A DNA stretch of 63,801 nucleotides, filler included, from Asterionella formosa (taxonomy: Eukaryota): assembly GCA_002256025.1 (NCBI GenBank). It is 12 parts of 12 records of this genome, joined end to end, with 100 filler letters (N's around TTAATTAATTAA, not from the genome) between each part and the next. Parts side by side here need not be neighbours in the genome. Positions count along the whole stretch, not along the records: positions 24,156 to 48,184 come from NKIB01002330.1; positions 48,285 to 49,746 come from NKIB01002339.1; positions 49,847 to 51,314 come from NKIB01002340.1; 9 more parts are not named here. The stretch is one strand, 5' to 3'. The position numbers were made by a program, and so were the translations under genes. The notes beneath the pieces are model-generated. The model ran no database searches. It saw only the letters and a list, made by a program, of their open reading frames with translations, and was not told the origin of the DNA. Positions 38,102 to 51,414 of this stretch are shown piece after piece; within the stretch, counting starts at the first letter, position 1, and each line of letters opens with the position of its first letter.

Positions 38102-39037
38102 TTACAACTTGGCAGCGGCCAACTCAGCGCGCATGAGATCAATAGTAGCCTTGTAGGCCTCCATGGTGCGGGGCTCCTTGAGAATGGCAGATCCAGCAAC
38201 CATCATGTCAACACCGGCTTCAGCAATCTCACGGATGTTGTCAACTTTGACTCCACCATCAATCTCAAGACGGCAGTCAATGCCAGCATCATCAATCATT
38301 TTGCGAGCTTCGCGAGCCTTGTCCAGGACTGCCGGGATGAAAGCCTGTCCTCCAAAGCCAGGGTTGACACTCATCAAAAGAATGATGTCAAGCTTGTCCA
38401 TGACGTACTTTGCAGCTTCAAGGGAAGTGGCAGGGTTGAAGACAAGCCCAGCCTTGCAGCCCCCGTTTCTGATAATCTGGAGGGAGCGGTCAACGTGCCC
38501 AGTGGCCTCCGGATGAAATGTGATGTACGAAGCACCAGCACCGATGAAGTCCTGAATGGCCTGGTCGACAGGGGACACCATTAAATGGACGTCGATAGGG
38601 GCGGTGACCCCGTGGTCGCGAAGGGCCTTGCACACCATGGGTCCAATCGTCAAGTTAGGAACGTAGTGGTTGTCCATGACATCGAAATGTACGACATCGG
38701 CACCCGCAGCCAAGACGTTGTCGACTTCTTCTCCGAGGCGGGCGAAATCAGCAGACAAGATTGAAGGAGCAATCAAATAGTCCTTGTCCCCCCAAACCAT
38801 CTGGCGAGATGATGAAATCGCTCTGCTGGAAGCTTGAAGCTGTATTTAGCATGTATAGGAACGCGATAAATCAGCAAAATGAGAACGAAATCAGAAAGTG
38901 AATTCAGTGCACCGGTGAACGATTTTACAACCCGACGAACCTCTCTGCTAATTCAACGATGGATATATACTTACGGTGACACCGAAGGCATCGGCAGAGG
39001 CTAGAAGCGCGGCAACGGACAAAAGAGTGAACTTCAT
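38102..39037 (-). CDS. RPE: Ribulose-phosphate 3-epimerase with bipartite plastid-targeting presequence; exons 39037-38975 and 38839-38102
   Basis: [43 protein letters not shown]. Exon 1 encodes [21 protein letters not shown] (ASAFAP-type cleavage). Intron 38974-38840 is GTAAGT...ACAG and in frame. Confidence 0.96.
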
Positions 39038-39444
39038 TGTGGCGAGTTGCAAGCAATGGAAGACAATGAAGTGACTGACGGCACCAGAGCTACTACCGGT
39101 ATTTGTTGGAGATTTCTCGTGCTTGCTTTCCCTCGTCTGCTTTTCATTTGCTTGCCCTGTTTTGATGGTTGCTTTCAGATTCCCTACCGGTACTGCCTTG
39201 CCTTGCTGCGGCGACGTCTCCTTCGATTGACGTGCGTTGTCCGTCCTTGGCATCAACAACGTATTCGAAAATTTGGGCTGAAACACGTACTTTGCTATTC
39301 TAGCTTACAGTATCGACTTCACATATGACTTGCGACGGTGCAAGCAAATGATCAACTGTGGTGACACCCAACTTTTGAAAGAAGCCACCACTCGCATTTC
39401 TAGGACAGTGTGTATAGCCCATGCTTTCCACGGGTACTAGGGTA

Positions 39445-41704
39445 CCAGTTAAAAATGGCTTTGAGCCACGNNNNNNNNNNNNNNNNNNNNNNNNNNNNNN
39501 NNNNNNNNNNNNNNNNNNNNNNNNNNNNNNNNNNNNNNNNNNNNNNNNNNNNNNNNNNNNNNNNNNNNNNNNNNNNNNNNNNNNNNNNNNNNNNNNNNNN
39601 NNNNNNNNNNNNNNNNNNNNNNNNNNNNNNNNNNNNNNNNNNNNNNNNNNNNNNNNNNNNNNNNNNNNNNNNNNNNNNNNNNNNNNNNNNNNNNNNNNNN
39701 NNNNNNNNNNNNNNNNNNNNNNNNNNNNNNNNNNNNNNNNNNNNNNNNNNNNNNNNNNNNNNNNNNNNNNNNNNNNNNNNNNNNNNNNNNNNNNNNNNNN
39801 NNNNNNNNNNNNNNNNNNNNNNNNNNNNNNNNNNNNNNNNNNNNNNNNNNNNNNNNNNNNNNNNNNNNNNNNNNNNNNNNNNNNNNNNNNNNNNNNNNNN
39901 NNNNNNNNNNNNNNNNNNNNNNNNNNNNNNNNNNNNNNNNNNNNNNNNNNNNNNNNNAATCTTAGACTTGGCTGTGGTCCTCCCATCATGTCTTCTTGTC
40001 ATGTAATGGGAGCGACCAAAGGGTGCTGAGGAAGTGACGCCGTTACAGCAGTTGCAACTGGTGCTGCAGCATCGCCACGCATCATGGTGACATGGAATCT
40101 GGTAAGTAGTAGTTGTTTCGTTGTTGGTAATGGAAGATTGCCTGATCGCTCGTACCACATTGCCATTGTTTTCGTTTGTGCTACTGTCCACTCAGCTGCT
40201 GTTCGTTAAGCGATCTGATTGCATAAGCCTTGTTTGCAAGCACCATGTGCGCATCTATTTTCCTATTCTCTCGCTCACTCTGCAATTCTTCCGCGTCCCT
40301 CTTCCTTTTTAGCTGGTCATCGATCAATTCTGGACCGAACAAGTACTTGCCTGCAGCGACATGAAGACCAGATGTGTATCGTTTATTGCTTGCAATCGCC
40401 ATTAGTACTGTTTCTTTTCGTTGGCAGGGAAGTTTGTCCAGATTTATTCCGTTTCTAGCGTCCTCACGATTGCGGTACTACTGTATGTCCTGATCAACAA
40501 GGGTTGCAGTGATGCCTTGGCTTGCTCAAGTTTAGTCTGGATGGGGGAATGGAAGAGGCGGGTTGATTATTGTTTGCTTCTGTCTGCAGATTTGAGGTAC
40601 TTGTCAGTTGAATTTCCGGATGGAGTGACAAGTTTTAGTTCAATGGACCCCAACCTCTTTCAGCAACAGCTTTTTGGATTGTAGCGATGGGGGCAAAGGA
40701 GGCGATTCATCCCATGCTTTCGACACCAGGTCAACAATATCTTCCTTTTCAACAGCAAATGCAGAATGGCGCCTGTCCTTTTGGGTGAGTAAATCTCTCA
40801 TGCATTTCGTGAGTTGGATCTTTAAAATTGAATAGTCAGGGTAGAAATTGATGAGCTATGTCCTGCCAACGACTGTGAATCATTTATTGTCATAGTAGCA
40901 TGTAATTGAACTAGTGAATTATTTGCCTTTCCCGCCTGATTTAGCTTCTACAAATGGTACTGGACTATAAGTTTTGTTTGCCAAACCAGTGTAGCCGCCT
41001 TTAATCCAACAATATTCGATATTGCACTATATAGCTAGTAGTAGTTTGCCATTGTTATTTGCCTTTCAAGTTTCTAATTCCAAAACTATTTTTTTTAAAT
41101 AAGTGACGCTACAGTCTTATCCAAAGAAATGGGTATCACCTTGTACTTTTAGGGGGTTGAGGCTGCTTTCTTACTGTCATAGGTTTCATCATTGTTAATG
41201 AAATGACTGCAAATTGCCTCAATTTTTGGTGTGTTGGAAGCAATTTCTGCTGTGAATTACTGTCTCTGACATGAAAGCATGGCTCCATTTTTTGGCCTTC
41301 AAGAAATATTGCATTCATTAACTAAGAGTGACCAATAGGCTCATTTATTGCTATAGTACAAGGTCCATGGCGGTTAAATGCAACTAAATATATATTTGAT
41401 GCTAAGTTTTAATCACAAATGTATATACGTATTTCCGGGAGATGCCGGCTCAATGGTATAATATTTTATTTGCCACTTTTGGGCCGATTGCTACTTTCCG
41501 ACACATTTATCTGATTATCTAAAACACAAGACTTAATCAACAGCTAGATATGTTGTATCCGGCGCAACATCAGGAACAACTTTGTCGTACTCAATGTAGT
41601 AGTCATAACTTGAAAATTAGAAAAAATCTATGTATACATTGTGAATATTATGTCGTTAAGCGACTCAAAGCCATTCGAAGTGGCTCAAAGCCATTTTTAA
41701 CTGG
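39445..41704 (-). mobile_element. TIR DNA transposon (pogo/DDE-1-like) with decayed transposase, 25-bp perfect TIRs and TA flanks
   Basis: CCAGTTAAAAATGGCTTTGAGCCAC (39445-39469) and its exact reverse complement (41680-41704), TA on both sides; minus-strand remnants SFAPIATIQKAVAERGWGPLN*NLSLHPEI and KRYTSGLHVAAGKYLFG; contains a 487-N scaffold gap (39471-39957). Confidence 0.82.
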
Positions 41705-42721
41705 TACCTGGTATACCAGAAAACAAGGGACCGGTACTGTCACCACATGCTGTCGTTTTTATTGATCATTCATTACCACATCTGCCATCATATTGTGTAC
41801 TTTTCCATGCTTCCATGGACATTGACATTGACAATCAATTACTCGCAAATTGTCCACTTTTCGATCAACACTATTCTATATGGTCTGCATCAGCTTATAG
41901 CTAACAATAAAGTGCTGGAAATAGCCTAGTAGCCAAGGAGTTACCTAAGTAATCAGTAGTGAAGGTGCTTGATGATGGGGATCATAGGCCAACTAGAAAA
42001 CTTATGACCATTGCTCAGAAAGGAATCAACAAATGTACAATGTAACTATGCAGCCAATCAACTTAACTATGTCTAATTAGTTTGATAGCAATAAGAGTTG
42101 AATTGACAGAGAAAAGCAAAAAGAAGGCAAATAAAAATGGTGTATGTAAACCAGTTACTGATACTCTGGTGGAAGTTATATGTAGTAGAAATTGGCTTGT
42201 GGAATTGATGCCACCATTATAGAGGTATAAAAATCATGAGTGGAATCAAAAGCAAAGCAGCAGTAAGTATCCATTCTGTAGAGCAATGATGGTGCAAAAG
42301 TAAATGGCTTTTCAACAGCATTTCTTGCTATCCCACTTCTTGGTTATTGCTGTTTTTCAAAACTAACAGATCACTAGTGTGGGACAACACAGAAAAAGTT
42401 GTGTTCGGCCATGATGCTTGCTTTGTTTTATCCGTTTTTGCTACATATTTGTCAATCAAATAATAATTCAGTTATGTGATTGAGAAAGAGGAAATGTGAA
42501 GCTGCATTACTTACTGCTTTACATTGTAGCTAAGTTAATGTAGGTGAACTATCACAATGGGATGATGAGGATTATACATCAAATCACAAATAGAAATTGT
42601 GATGAATTATTTGGTGTAAAACGACTTCAGAATGTACTAAATACAGTACCAGGTGGGATACCACATGTGGTTCATTGGACACACTCCCAAAATTCTGCAA
42701 GACATGTATGGTCACTCAGTC

Positions 42722-45398
42722 TTAATCAAACCTGGTTATTCGGTTGGGTACAATCACTTTGTACTCACTGACATCATTATTGCTAAAATGCATATTGGGA
42801 TGGGTTTTCAACAGACGCTGCAAGTACCGTTGTCTTTCCATGCTTGCCCAGAATGGGATTTTGTCAAATTCATAGTAGGGGACACGAACCACAGTCCAAC
42901 CTTGCTTTTTCAGTAATCTGTATTTAAGAACTGTGTGACCCAATGCACGAGGCTTGCCAAGAGTATTTTCACGTGTAAAATGATTGGGACCATCAAATTC
43001 GACAGCTCTGAAGAAGAAACAAAGGAGACTATGAATAACGAATGTTAAAAATACCAAAATTGCAAACGAAGCAAACTTACACCTTGTGGGAAGCATTTTC
43101 GTGATTTTCCTTCGTTGCCTTGTGAGTCCATGCACTACTATCCTTCAGGACAATTGCAACATCAATGTCTTCATCATGTTCATTGTAATGAGCAACCCCC
43201 ATGAGATCAAGACACTGACTGAGAGATCGATGCCGGGCGCTGCTGGTCTTTGGTCTTGCTTTCTCGACTGACCATTTCTCTTTGAGAAAGTCGTGGAACC
43301 AATCTGGAACGTTTTGAACGGCTTCGGGGCATTCAGATTTCATCAGATACAGTGCTTGCCAAAGCTGATGGGCATGCTCGAGTTGCATGTATTCATTTTT
43401 TCGGCTCGATGTCTCGTCAAAAATCCTTTTCAGCAATGCAACACTAGCAGGCTCATCATATGCCTCAAGGACAGTCAAGGCCCATGCGAGATTGGCTTGT
43501 TCTTGAGGCCCGATGCCAACTTGTTCCATAGAATTCGCTCCATCAACTTGCTGCAGTATCCAGTTAGGGGTTTCTCTTGCAAAGTCAATGAATACCTGGC
43601 CTTGAGGTTGCTTCAAGTATAAACGAGCTTGTACCCACAGGAGCACACTTACTTCCCATGATTGAAACCCCCGTGGCGTTTTGAGCACACGAACTCGTCT
43701 CAGTGCTTCGTCATATAGTGAATTGATTAAAGCTTGATGGTCGATCCGGGCATGCGCCATTGCAATTGCCAACTGCACCAAGTCCGCGTTGCTCCAATTC
43801 AGAAAGAATTCGCTCTTTTCATGTACCTTCCACCGACTAGCTATAGCATCAATAAGGGCAACAAGATCGTCCCCAAGACGAAAGTTGTCCGACTGCAAGG
43901 TTCCAATTGACCATACAACCTGGGCAATGTCTCGAGGTAGGAAGTTCGGATTAGCGATTCCTTGAGCCAACTGCAACCGCCACGTCGTTTCCCGCGCAAT
44001 GGCAATCATAATTTTTTCGGCCGATGCTGTCCGACAGTGACCGTGGCTCGCATAGGCCCACGCGACATTGGCAATTTCGCTCCAAGAACAATTCGCCAAC
44101 ATAACCTCGCCCATATCTTCTGCGTCATTTTGTTTCTGGCACAGAAACTCCCCAATAGCATCAAAGAGCGATCCAGCAGAATCTGAATTTAAAACTTCTT
44201 CGCCCGTCATCCATTGTTCGAATGTGATTGAATCCCTATTGCGAGGAACAAAAATTTTCTCCGACGGAGGAAGGCGCCCCAGCTGGGGTGGACCATCCCA
44301 TCCAGGAGGTCGCCTTCGATGACGCAGAACCCCGTATGCCCAACTTGCCATGCAAATCTCGCCTACCTTTGGGGGCTTCTTCGTTCGACTTGTCAACATC
44401 TTTGCGAGTTGGTCGGCAATCATGTCAACAGTACTTTCCAGCCGTTTCTCTGGGTTCGCCTCGTCCACCTGCAACGACCATGATTCCGCCATTCCCCTGT
44501 TGCTGTCTGATGACAAGGCCATTCGTTGTGGTGGAGCTGGTAATAAATCATCGATTCTATTAAAGTGCTTTCCAATGGCCCACACAGCATTGCAAAGCTG
44601 TCGCGCATTTAGTCGTTCATCCAAGATCAGCTCGTGCAAGACATCAAGTGTTTGAAGCAATAAGTTTCGAAAGCTCTCAGTGATTTCAATATCAACTGTC
44701 ATGGTCTTTGCTGATATTGTCAGAGCACACACTACATTTGCTTCATTACAGCGCTGGGATGGGGTTTTAAGGAGTGTGGTCAACACAGCTACAGCTTTTT
44801 GAAGCGGCTTTTTAGTATTGGAAAAACTGGCTTCCACCGCCTTTAGTTCCCCTTGTGTTTTCTTTGACACGGCAAAGGATGCCTTCCACGGCTCCCCTGT
44901 TATCGTTGGTTCTGTTCGTACAGGAAGATTTCCTGGATTTCGGTTCATTTTAAAATTTTTGGAGCTGTCCCGAACCCTGGATTTGATTTGGTCGGCAGGT
45001 GTATTTCGATCCGCCTGATCGATGCATCGAGGTACTGGGTCAACATCGATTTCTCCAAGAAAGTCTTGCGCTGTAGCACTTGACATGACATCCGAAAGCT
45101 TGGGGATGACTTTAGGGATTTTTTTGCTCAGTTGAACGGATGCTGCACTCTTGGTAGTGTTCCTGTACAAAACGCTCTTTCTGCTCCTTGCAGCTTGTTG
45201 CGTGCCAACCGTGTTGCGGCTTCCTCCCATGGTTCGAGGAGGCAACAGCGATGAGTCGTCGTCTGACCATTGGTATGGTGTTGACTGCATGAAATTTCGA
45301 GTTTTATGTGCAGGTGAAAGGCCGAAAACTGCCATGGATGCATTATTGTGCAGTAACAGCGCGAGCAAAAAGGTCCGTGAAGTTGAAAAACACCGCAT
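42722..45398 (-). CDS. RAP-domain RNA-binding protein with helical (OPR/FAST-like) repeats, probably organelle-targeted; exons 45398-43081 and 43007-42722
   Basis: Repeats RQLCNAVWAIG, SEIANVAWAYA, RDIAQVVWSIG, QEQANLAWALT. Intron 43080-43008 (GTAAGT...TTCAG) gives KVAVEFDGPNHF...LKYRLLKKQGWTVVRVPYYEF (RAP). Hydrophobic N-terminus. Confidence 0.88.
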
Positions 45399-45827
45399 CC
45401 TTTTTGATTCCACCGGTCTGTTCAGCTTGTCTCGCTCAACAATCCCTTCGTTATGAATCGTTCATCCGCGGTACCTTCCTGGAGTATCGTCGTATTTGTC
45501 TTCCACAGTAGTGAGTTCAGGCACGTCGCGACTTCTTTGTGGCTGACCAAGAAACAAGGGAACGAGCAAACCAAAAGGTGAAGTGGATTTTCTCTAAAGA
45601 AACGATTAATAAAACAACCAATGTAGTACTACCAGGGCACCAGGTACCTGGTACCGGGGCTATGTTTTTGCGCCACTCGTAACTCCAATTTTATGGAGTA
45701 CTGTCATTGTACCTGGTACCTGGTACCTGTATACCATTTGGAAATAGTAATAGGCAAACGAAATAATAAATATGGTAGTCTAGACTTCAATATAGTCTAC
45801 CGGTACCATAATAAGAAGGTACGTATA

Positions 45828-45935
45828 CCTGCAATTTGCTTCTTGTGGTAATATTGCTGAAACTTAAAGTTTAGCTGTCTTTATCCCATATTAAATTGTT
45901 TATGCAAGCAAAATGACTGCAACTTGCTGATGGTA
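45828..45935 (+). mobile_element. Degenerate copy of the ~96-bp MITE family
   Basis: Matches 54911-55006 (tgctgaaact..tttagct.tcttt.tccca.attaaa..caagcaaaat.ac.gcaacttgc). Confidence 0.7.
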
Positions 45936-48284
45936 GTTTATCAGGATGTCCTTTGGCACTCTCCCTGATGATTGAAAACAATGATTGAGATGATTTGCGG
46001 CAAATCAAGTGCCAAGCTGCTTATTTTTAGGATGGAATACACAGAATACATACCATTTTTCTAGGGGATGAATAGCTTACTTGAAAACTGCGTCTTTATG
46101 AGTTATATAGATGTGAGAAAAACTCTCAATCACTAGTCTAAAAACTCCTTGTATATAAATTAATCGAAACAAATTGAATATAGCTAAATAGATTCATAGG
46201 CAATAAATATAGACTACTCAATACTCTTAACATTGGCTGGCTGCTCAAATATCTGCAGGAAACCAAAGAAAATACAACACTACTAGTCTATCATAATCAT
46301 AACTTGAATAGAATAACTGCCATTCCATACACTTTCTACAGTTTATATTGACCATACTGCCAGATATTTAATGGCTCTAGTCATCAAAATGAGTATACCA
46401 TTGCTTGTTTTCTTCCTTCCCATAATCACCACTTTCATTGTCTGCAAATAAAAGCCATCATATTCCTATGATGCATCATTGGATTATGATCATCTGATCG
46501 TAATTTTCCGATATATCAGCCAATAATTTTGATACATCTGCAAATAAAAAGTATCATGCATATAGGATCAAGTGTATCATACACTAAGTGGCACAGGATT
46601 TTCGTATATATGACAATTTTTGGATCAAAACTATGAGCAAGGTATCCTATCTATGATGATTTATTAATATTTTACCGACCTTGAAGCATAAGAATGATAA
46701 TAAGAACATTACCATCACACAATGTATATAAACTGATAAACAAAAATTTTCATCATTATCATAAACCTTCTCATATTATTTTCACTTCTTGTGATCACCC
46801 GATGTAAATTATTACTACAACGCATCCTGAAATCAGCTCAACTCTATGCTATCATGTGAATTGTTTCATCGTAAATCTATCTTCAACATTATCGTAATTC
46901 TAATCACAAGCATTGTTCAAAAAGGATTGGATCCACTTGTCTCAATGTATATTCCTGTCTTGCCCTCTTCTTTCTCTATTCTGAATCTTGTGCCAAGCAA
47001 TGCCTTACTAATGTTGCGTCTCTTTCCCTGCTGTTAGTGTCATTCTGAACTCGATCGGTTTTGTTGTCCTATGCTGTTACAGTAACAATGATGAGAAGGA
47101 ATGACTTGTTAGCTAGACATGTTACACTGACAAAACATCACGCCATTCCATCGTATCCCCTTGCTTGCTTCACTTACCACAAATCAAAGCAAGTGATGCA
47201 TAAGTCTGTAATAGTAAATTGTCAGTAGCTAAATTCTTGAATAAGTAAGTTTCAGGATTCCAATGTTGTCGAATAAAACTTACCGATTCATTTTCGTTAG
47301 CTTAACTTTGAGAGAAGGTAAATGTGGCGTGTCCGTCAGTTATGTTCCATCAGAAGTGAATAAGTCCAATGACAAGAGCACTTACCAATATTGTTTTATT
47401 TTACATTGGTGCTCCCCAACAAGCGAAACGAGCTGTTGAATCAACTGAGAAAAAAGGAAATGTGCGTTTAGTTTACAATTTGTTGTTGTCCTGCCTCCCA
47501 ACGATTGTCATCCAAGTACCACATTGATTGCTTCATTACCTTCTTAAACATAGCTACTCCATCCTTTGAAGGCGCAATGTGTCGAAGCCACAATGTTTTT
47601 CGTTATTGCGTAACTTTCCTTTCTTGTCATGTGCTTTACTACTTTGCATATTTCTTTTCATGAAGCAGGCATTGTTTGTTAACATGACAGAACGATTTCA
47701 AATATATTTGCCATGTATATAGTTATAAAATTTGTAAATATATAAATATATCAAGAGTCGTACATTTATAGAAATCAAAGGCACTCTCAATATGGAACGT
47801 CTGGTATTGTTGAGATGATCACATTCGCATAAAGATAATTCGAAAATATTCAATGCACTATATCTCCATTATTTTCCACGACTTCGTTTACTGGTACTGT
47901 TTTTTGAAATTTGTTTGCATCAATATTTTCTACGTCCATTGGAACTAATTATTTAGACCATTCAATTGGTGTACTAAGTCATAACCCATTTGTATCATTA
48001 TTTATATGCAAGGATTTTGGTAGCAAATTGTTTAAGCCCCTTTTTTGGGCGGTAGTTCTTCATGTGTACCGGTACATCATACAACAATAACATTTTATCA
48101 TATATATACAGAGTACCAGTAGCAGGTAGGAAGTGATATACTGGGGGTACCAGGTAGTAAGCGAGCAACAGAACACCATATGTTNNNNNNNNNNNNNNNN
48201 NNNNNNNNNNNNNNNNNNNNNNNNNNNNTTAATTAATTAANNNNNNNNNNNNNNNNNNNNNNNNNNNNNNNNNNNNNNNNNNNN

Positions 48285-49095
48285 TCACTGGGATACTCAT
48301 CTTTTTCAATAACACGCCCATCAAATGGCTTTCAAGACGACAGAAGACGGTGGAATCGTCCACATATGGTTCTGAACTAGTGGCGGCTAGAATTGCAACT
48401 GAACTGATTATTGAAGTTCGATATAACCTACGAATGCTTGGAGTGAAGATCGATGGACCAGCTTGGATGTTAGGTGACAACCAAAGCGTTATTATGAACA
48501 CCACAATTCCCTCGAGTGGACCTAAAAAGAAACATAATGCCATAGCATACCAGAGGAAACAATCTATTATATATCAGCAATCAAAGTACTCCCGAGTATG
48601 TACTGACTACCAACATTTCATGGGATAAATACAACAACATACATAAGTACGATGCTATGTCAGTATTCCTGAAAAGGTTGTTGGATGCTGCACAGAAACA
48701 ACGCCTTAAAAGACAAGATCAAGTCCTCCAGCACTAAACAAAGGATCATCCCACACACTTGAAGATCTCATGAATAATGGCATGAAGGGGAGTATTAGGG
48801 GTTTACTATATATAGAGGAAGATCAGAACAGCTGGATATGTTCCGATCTTGAGAATTTGAGAAAAAGGAATACGTATGTTTGCATACCACGTCAATTCGG
48901 GGATTACGTATCCACTATTTACGTATGGAATTAGTATTAACCTACAGGAAGAGAGGAATGGAATGACCATTGGAGATCATTTCCATTTTTCACAGTTTAT
49001 ATCATAATTTTAGTTTACGTTTTACATTTTAACCTTTATTATCCGGTATTGCCACTGAGAATATCGTCACTGTTTAAGACGGTTTCTGATTAACA
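48285..49095 (+). mobile_element. Ty1/Copia 3' fragment: RNase H remnant, polypurine tract and probable 3' LTR
   Basis: TGILIFFNNTPIKWLSRRQKTVESSTYGSELVAAR...GDNQSV...KKKHNAIAY; GAAGGGGAG tract at ~48784; LTR boundary ~48793-49095 is tentative. Confidence 0.8.
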
Positions 49096-49625
49096 AGGTT
49101 AGCCAGCCCATTTTCCCTCCACTATACAAAAAGTGTAGACTAACCACCAGATAACTGCCGTTTAGTGTATACTATTTGCGGGTATGTACGGATATGGTTT
49201 TCGGATAGGTCTACCCGGTACTCGGTATTCCTACTCCGTACGGATACCGGTATACGGGTAGGATCGGCCAACACCCAAGAAAATGCCTCATGTGTATCCA
49301 GTGTGGCCGGCGTGGGATTGCAAGACCTCGCAAACCGTGCCAATCGAACGGATATAAGGATAACCAATCAGAATATGATTAATACAGCGGGCAATTACAT
49401 TGGAACTTTTTGTACACGAGATTTTACGACTACAAATTTTAGCACAAGTCTACCATTCCGATGATGACGTTTCGGCGATTAGTGATTCTGATTCCGACGT
49501 TTTGTTGACCGTTGAAAAGGCCGATATTGTCGAATTTTTGGACGACGATAGCTCAACGTTGGCAGGGTTTGAAGAAGAGTTAAGTACATAGGTAATCTTC
49601 ATATAGCCCCAGAAGTTAACTTTCG

Positions 49626-49746
49626 GCGAGAAACTGCAGAAAGGAACTTCGGTTTTTTTACTATGCCAAATAAACGAGTTAGCCCGGTAAAATCCACTAT
49701 TTTCAGCATAGTTAAAAAACCGAAGTTCCTTTCTGCAGTTTCTCGC
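49626..49746. repeat. Inverted repeat, 41-bp arms (1 mismatch), 39-nt loop, ending at the contig end
   Basis: GCGAGAAACTGCAGAAAGGAACTTCGGTTTTTTTACTATGC versus the reverse complement at 49706-49746. Confidence 0.9.
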
Positions 49747-50456
49747 NNNNNNNNNNNNNNNNNNNNNNNNNNNNNNNNNNNNNNNNNNNNTTAATTAATT
49801 AANNNNNNNNNNNNNNNNNNNNNNNNNNNNNNNNNNNNNNNNNNNNTATAGCTAAAACAAGAAAAGACGACACGACAATGAACGTGATGGCTGGTTGTTG
49901 AGGATACCAGTACCGGTATGTGATATGCATCAATCCATATCACAAATCATATTATAGTGATGTACATATCAAAGCATCCGTAAACTTAGATCCTATCCAC
50001 TGTATAATACTATCATATTAACTGTTGACTTTATCTGTATAAATTAAACGACAAACATATATATTAATTAACATACTTTATGATTGCTTGATTTATATTC
50101 TATGATGTCTTGGTAACACTTGCGTACATATTTTATCGTATTTTATTGTCATTGTACTATTTTTACATGATCATATTTTGATCAAAATTATATCATATAC
50201 ATTTCATAAAATCATCATAATTTTATGATCAAAGTATCATAGCTATGTGATGTACTTTAATCAATATTTCGTGTATGCATCGATGAAACCTTATCATGAT
50301 ATCACAGTATCATCTTATCAATCATGATGAGATGATTGGGAAGCAACTGTATTCTGCATCGTGCTACAGGGTATATTATTATATCACGCAATTTAGTAGC
50401 GAAGTCACTCCGCCTGTAATGTACCAAAGTCAACAGTGCACATACCGGTACTCAAA

Positions 50457-50982
50457 CGCTAATCAGGTTTGAGGAAACGGACAGTGGTTTGAACGAGCAA
50501 ATGATGATACCACGGGTACCAATTTTTCCAACGAAAGAAGCAACTTGTCGCTCTATTGATGAGGATGACACGGACACCGACTTTTCCAGGAGCAAACAAC
50601 AATGAAGAGAGCCACTTGTCGCTCTATTGATGGTAACAAAGGTGCGGACAAGTTCAACAGTGAATACAAGAACAAAATACCATTAAAAACAAGTCAACAG
50701 TGTGTGCACGCACACGCCAAGCAAGTTTGAGGCAACGGACAATTCCAACAAGCAAATGACGATACAGATATCAAATTCTTCCTACGAGCAAACAACAATG
50801 AAAAGAGCCACTTGCTTTCGCTCTCTTGATGGTATCAAAGATGCGGACAAGTTCAATAGTTAATTCAAGTACAGTATACCAAATGCAGAAACGAGCGAGC
50901 GATATGAAAATGAAATGCATTCTAATCAGAATCATTCTATAACTATAGCTATGTGGACAGTAGTCTGTTACGCACATTTTCG
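50457..50982 (+). repeat. ~525-bp dispersed repeat with internal sub-repeats, copy 1
   Basis: Near-identical to 60782-61308; internal reiterations of ACTTGTCGCTCTATTGATG, GAGCAAACAACAATGAA and TGCGGACAAGTTCAA. Confidence 0.9.
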
Positions 50983-51414
50983 TATCTCCTTCTATGCTGA
51001 ATTTCAATAGTAGATGTAGTATCATGTGAGAATTGAAAATGTCAACGAGAACAAGTAGAATGTGTTTGTTTACGGGTTGATTGGCGAGATTGTCATGCTG
51101 AAGTGGACGAAACGGATATACTTTGTGCGCTGTGTGCGGAAATATTACGAGTTCGAATGGTTTCTTCTCTCCTGTAAACTCTTAATTGAATGATTATGAA
51201 CAAAGGTTCACTGCACATGACGATTACTCGAAGATATAAAGATCACTTGACCAACAAATTGAAGACGTTATCGCAAACATTCATTCCGCTTGTCATCGCT
51301 AGTATTTCGTTGTTNNNNNNNNNNNNNNNNNNNNNNNNNNNNNNNNNNNNNNNNNNNNTTAATTAATTAANNNNNNNNNNNNNNNNNNNNNNNNNNNNNN
51401 NNNNNNNNNNNNNN

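Noticed and set aside
38102..38800. RPE as bacterial contamination because of its bacterial-like sequence and higher GC
   Set aside because: It has a spliceosomal intron and a diatom-type bipartite targeting peptide
39300..40191. Long ORFs spanning the N run
   Set aside because: Their length comes from untranslatable Ns
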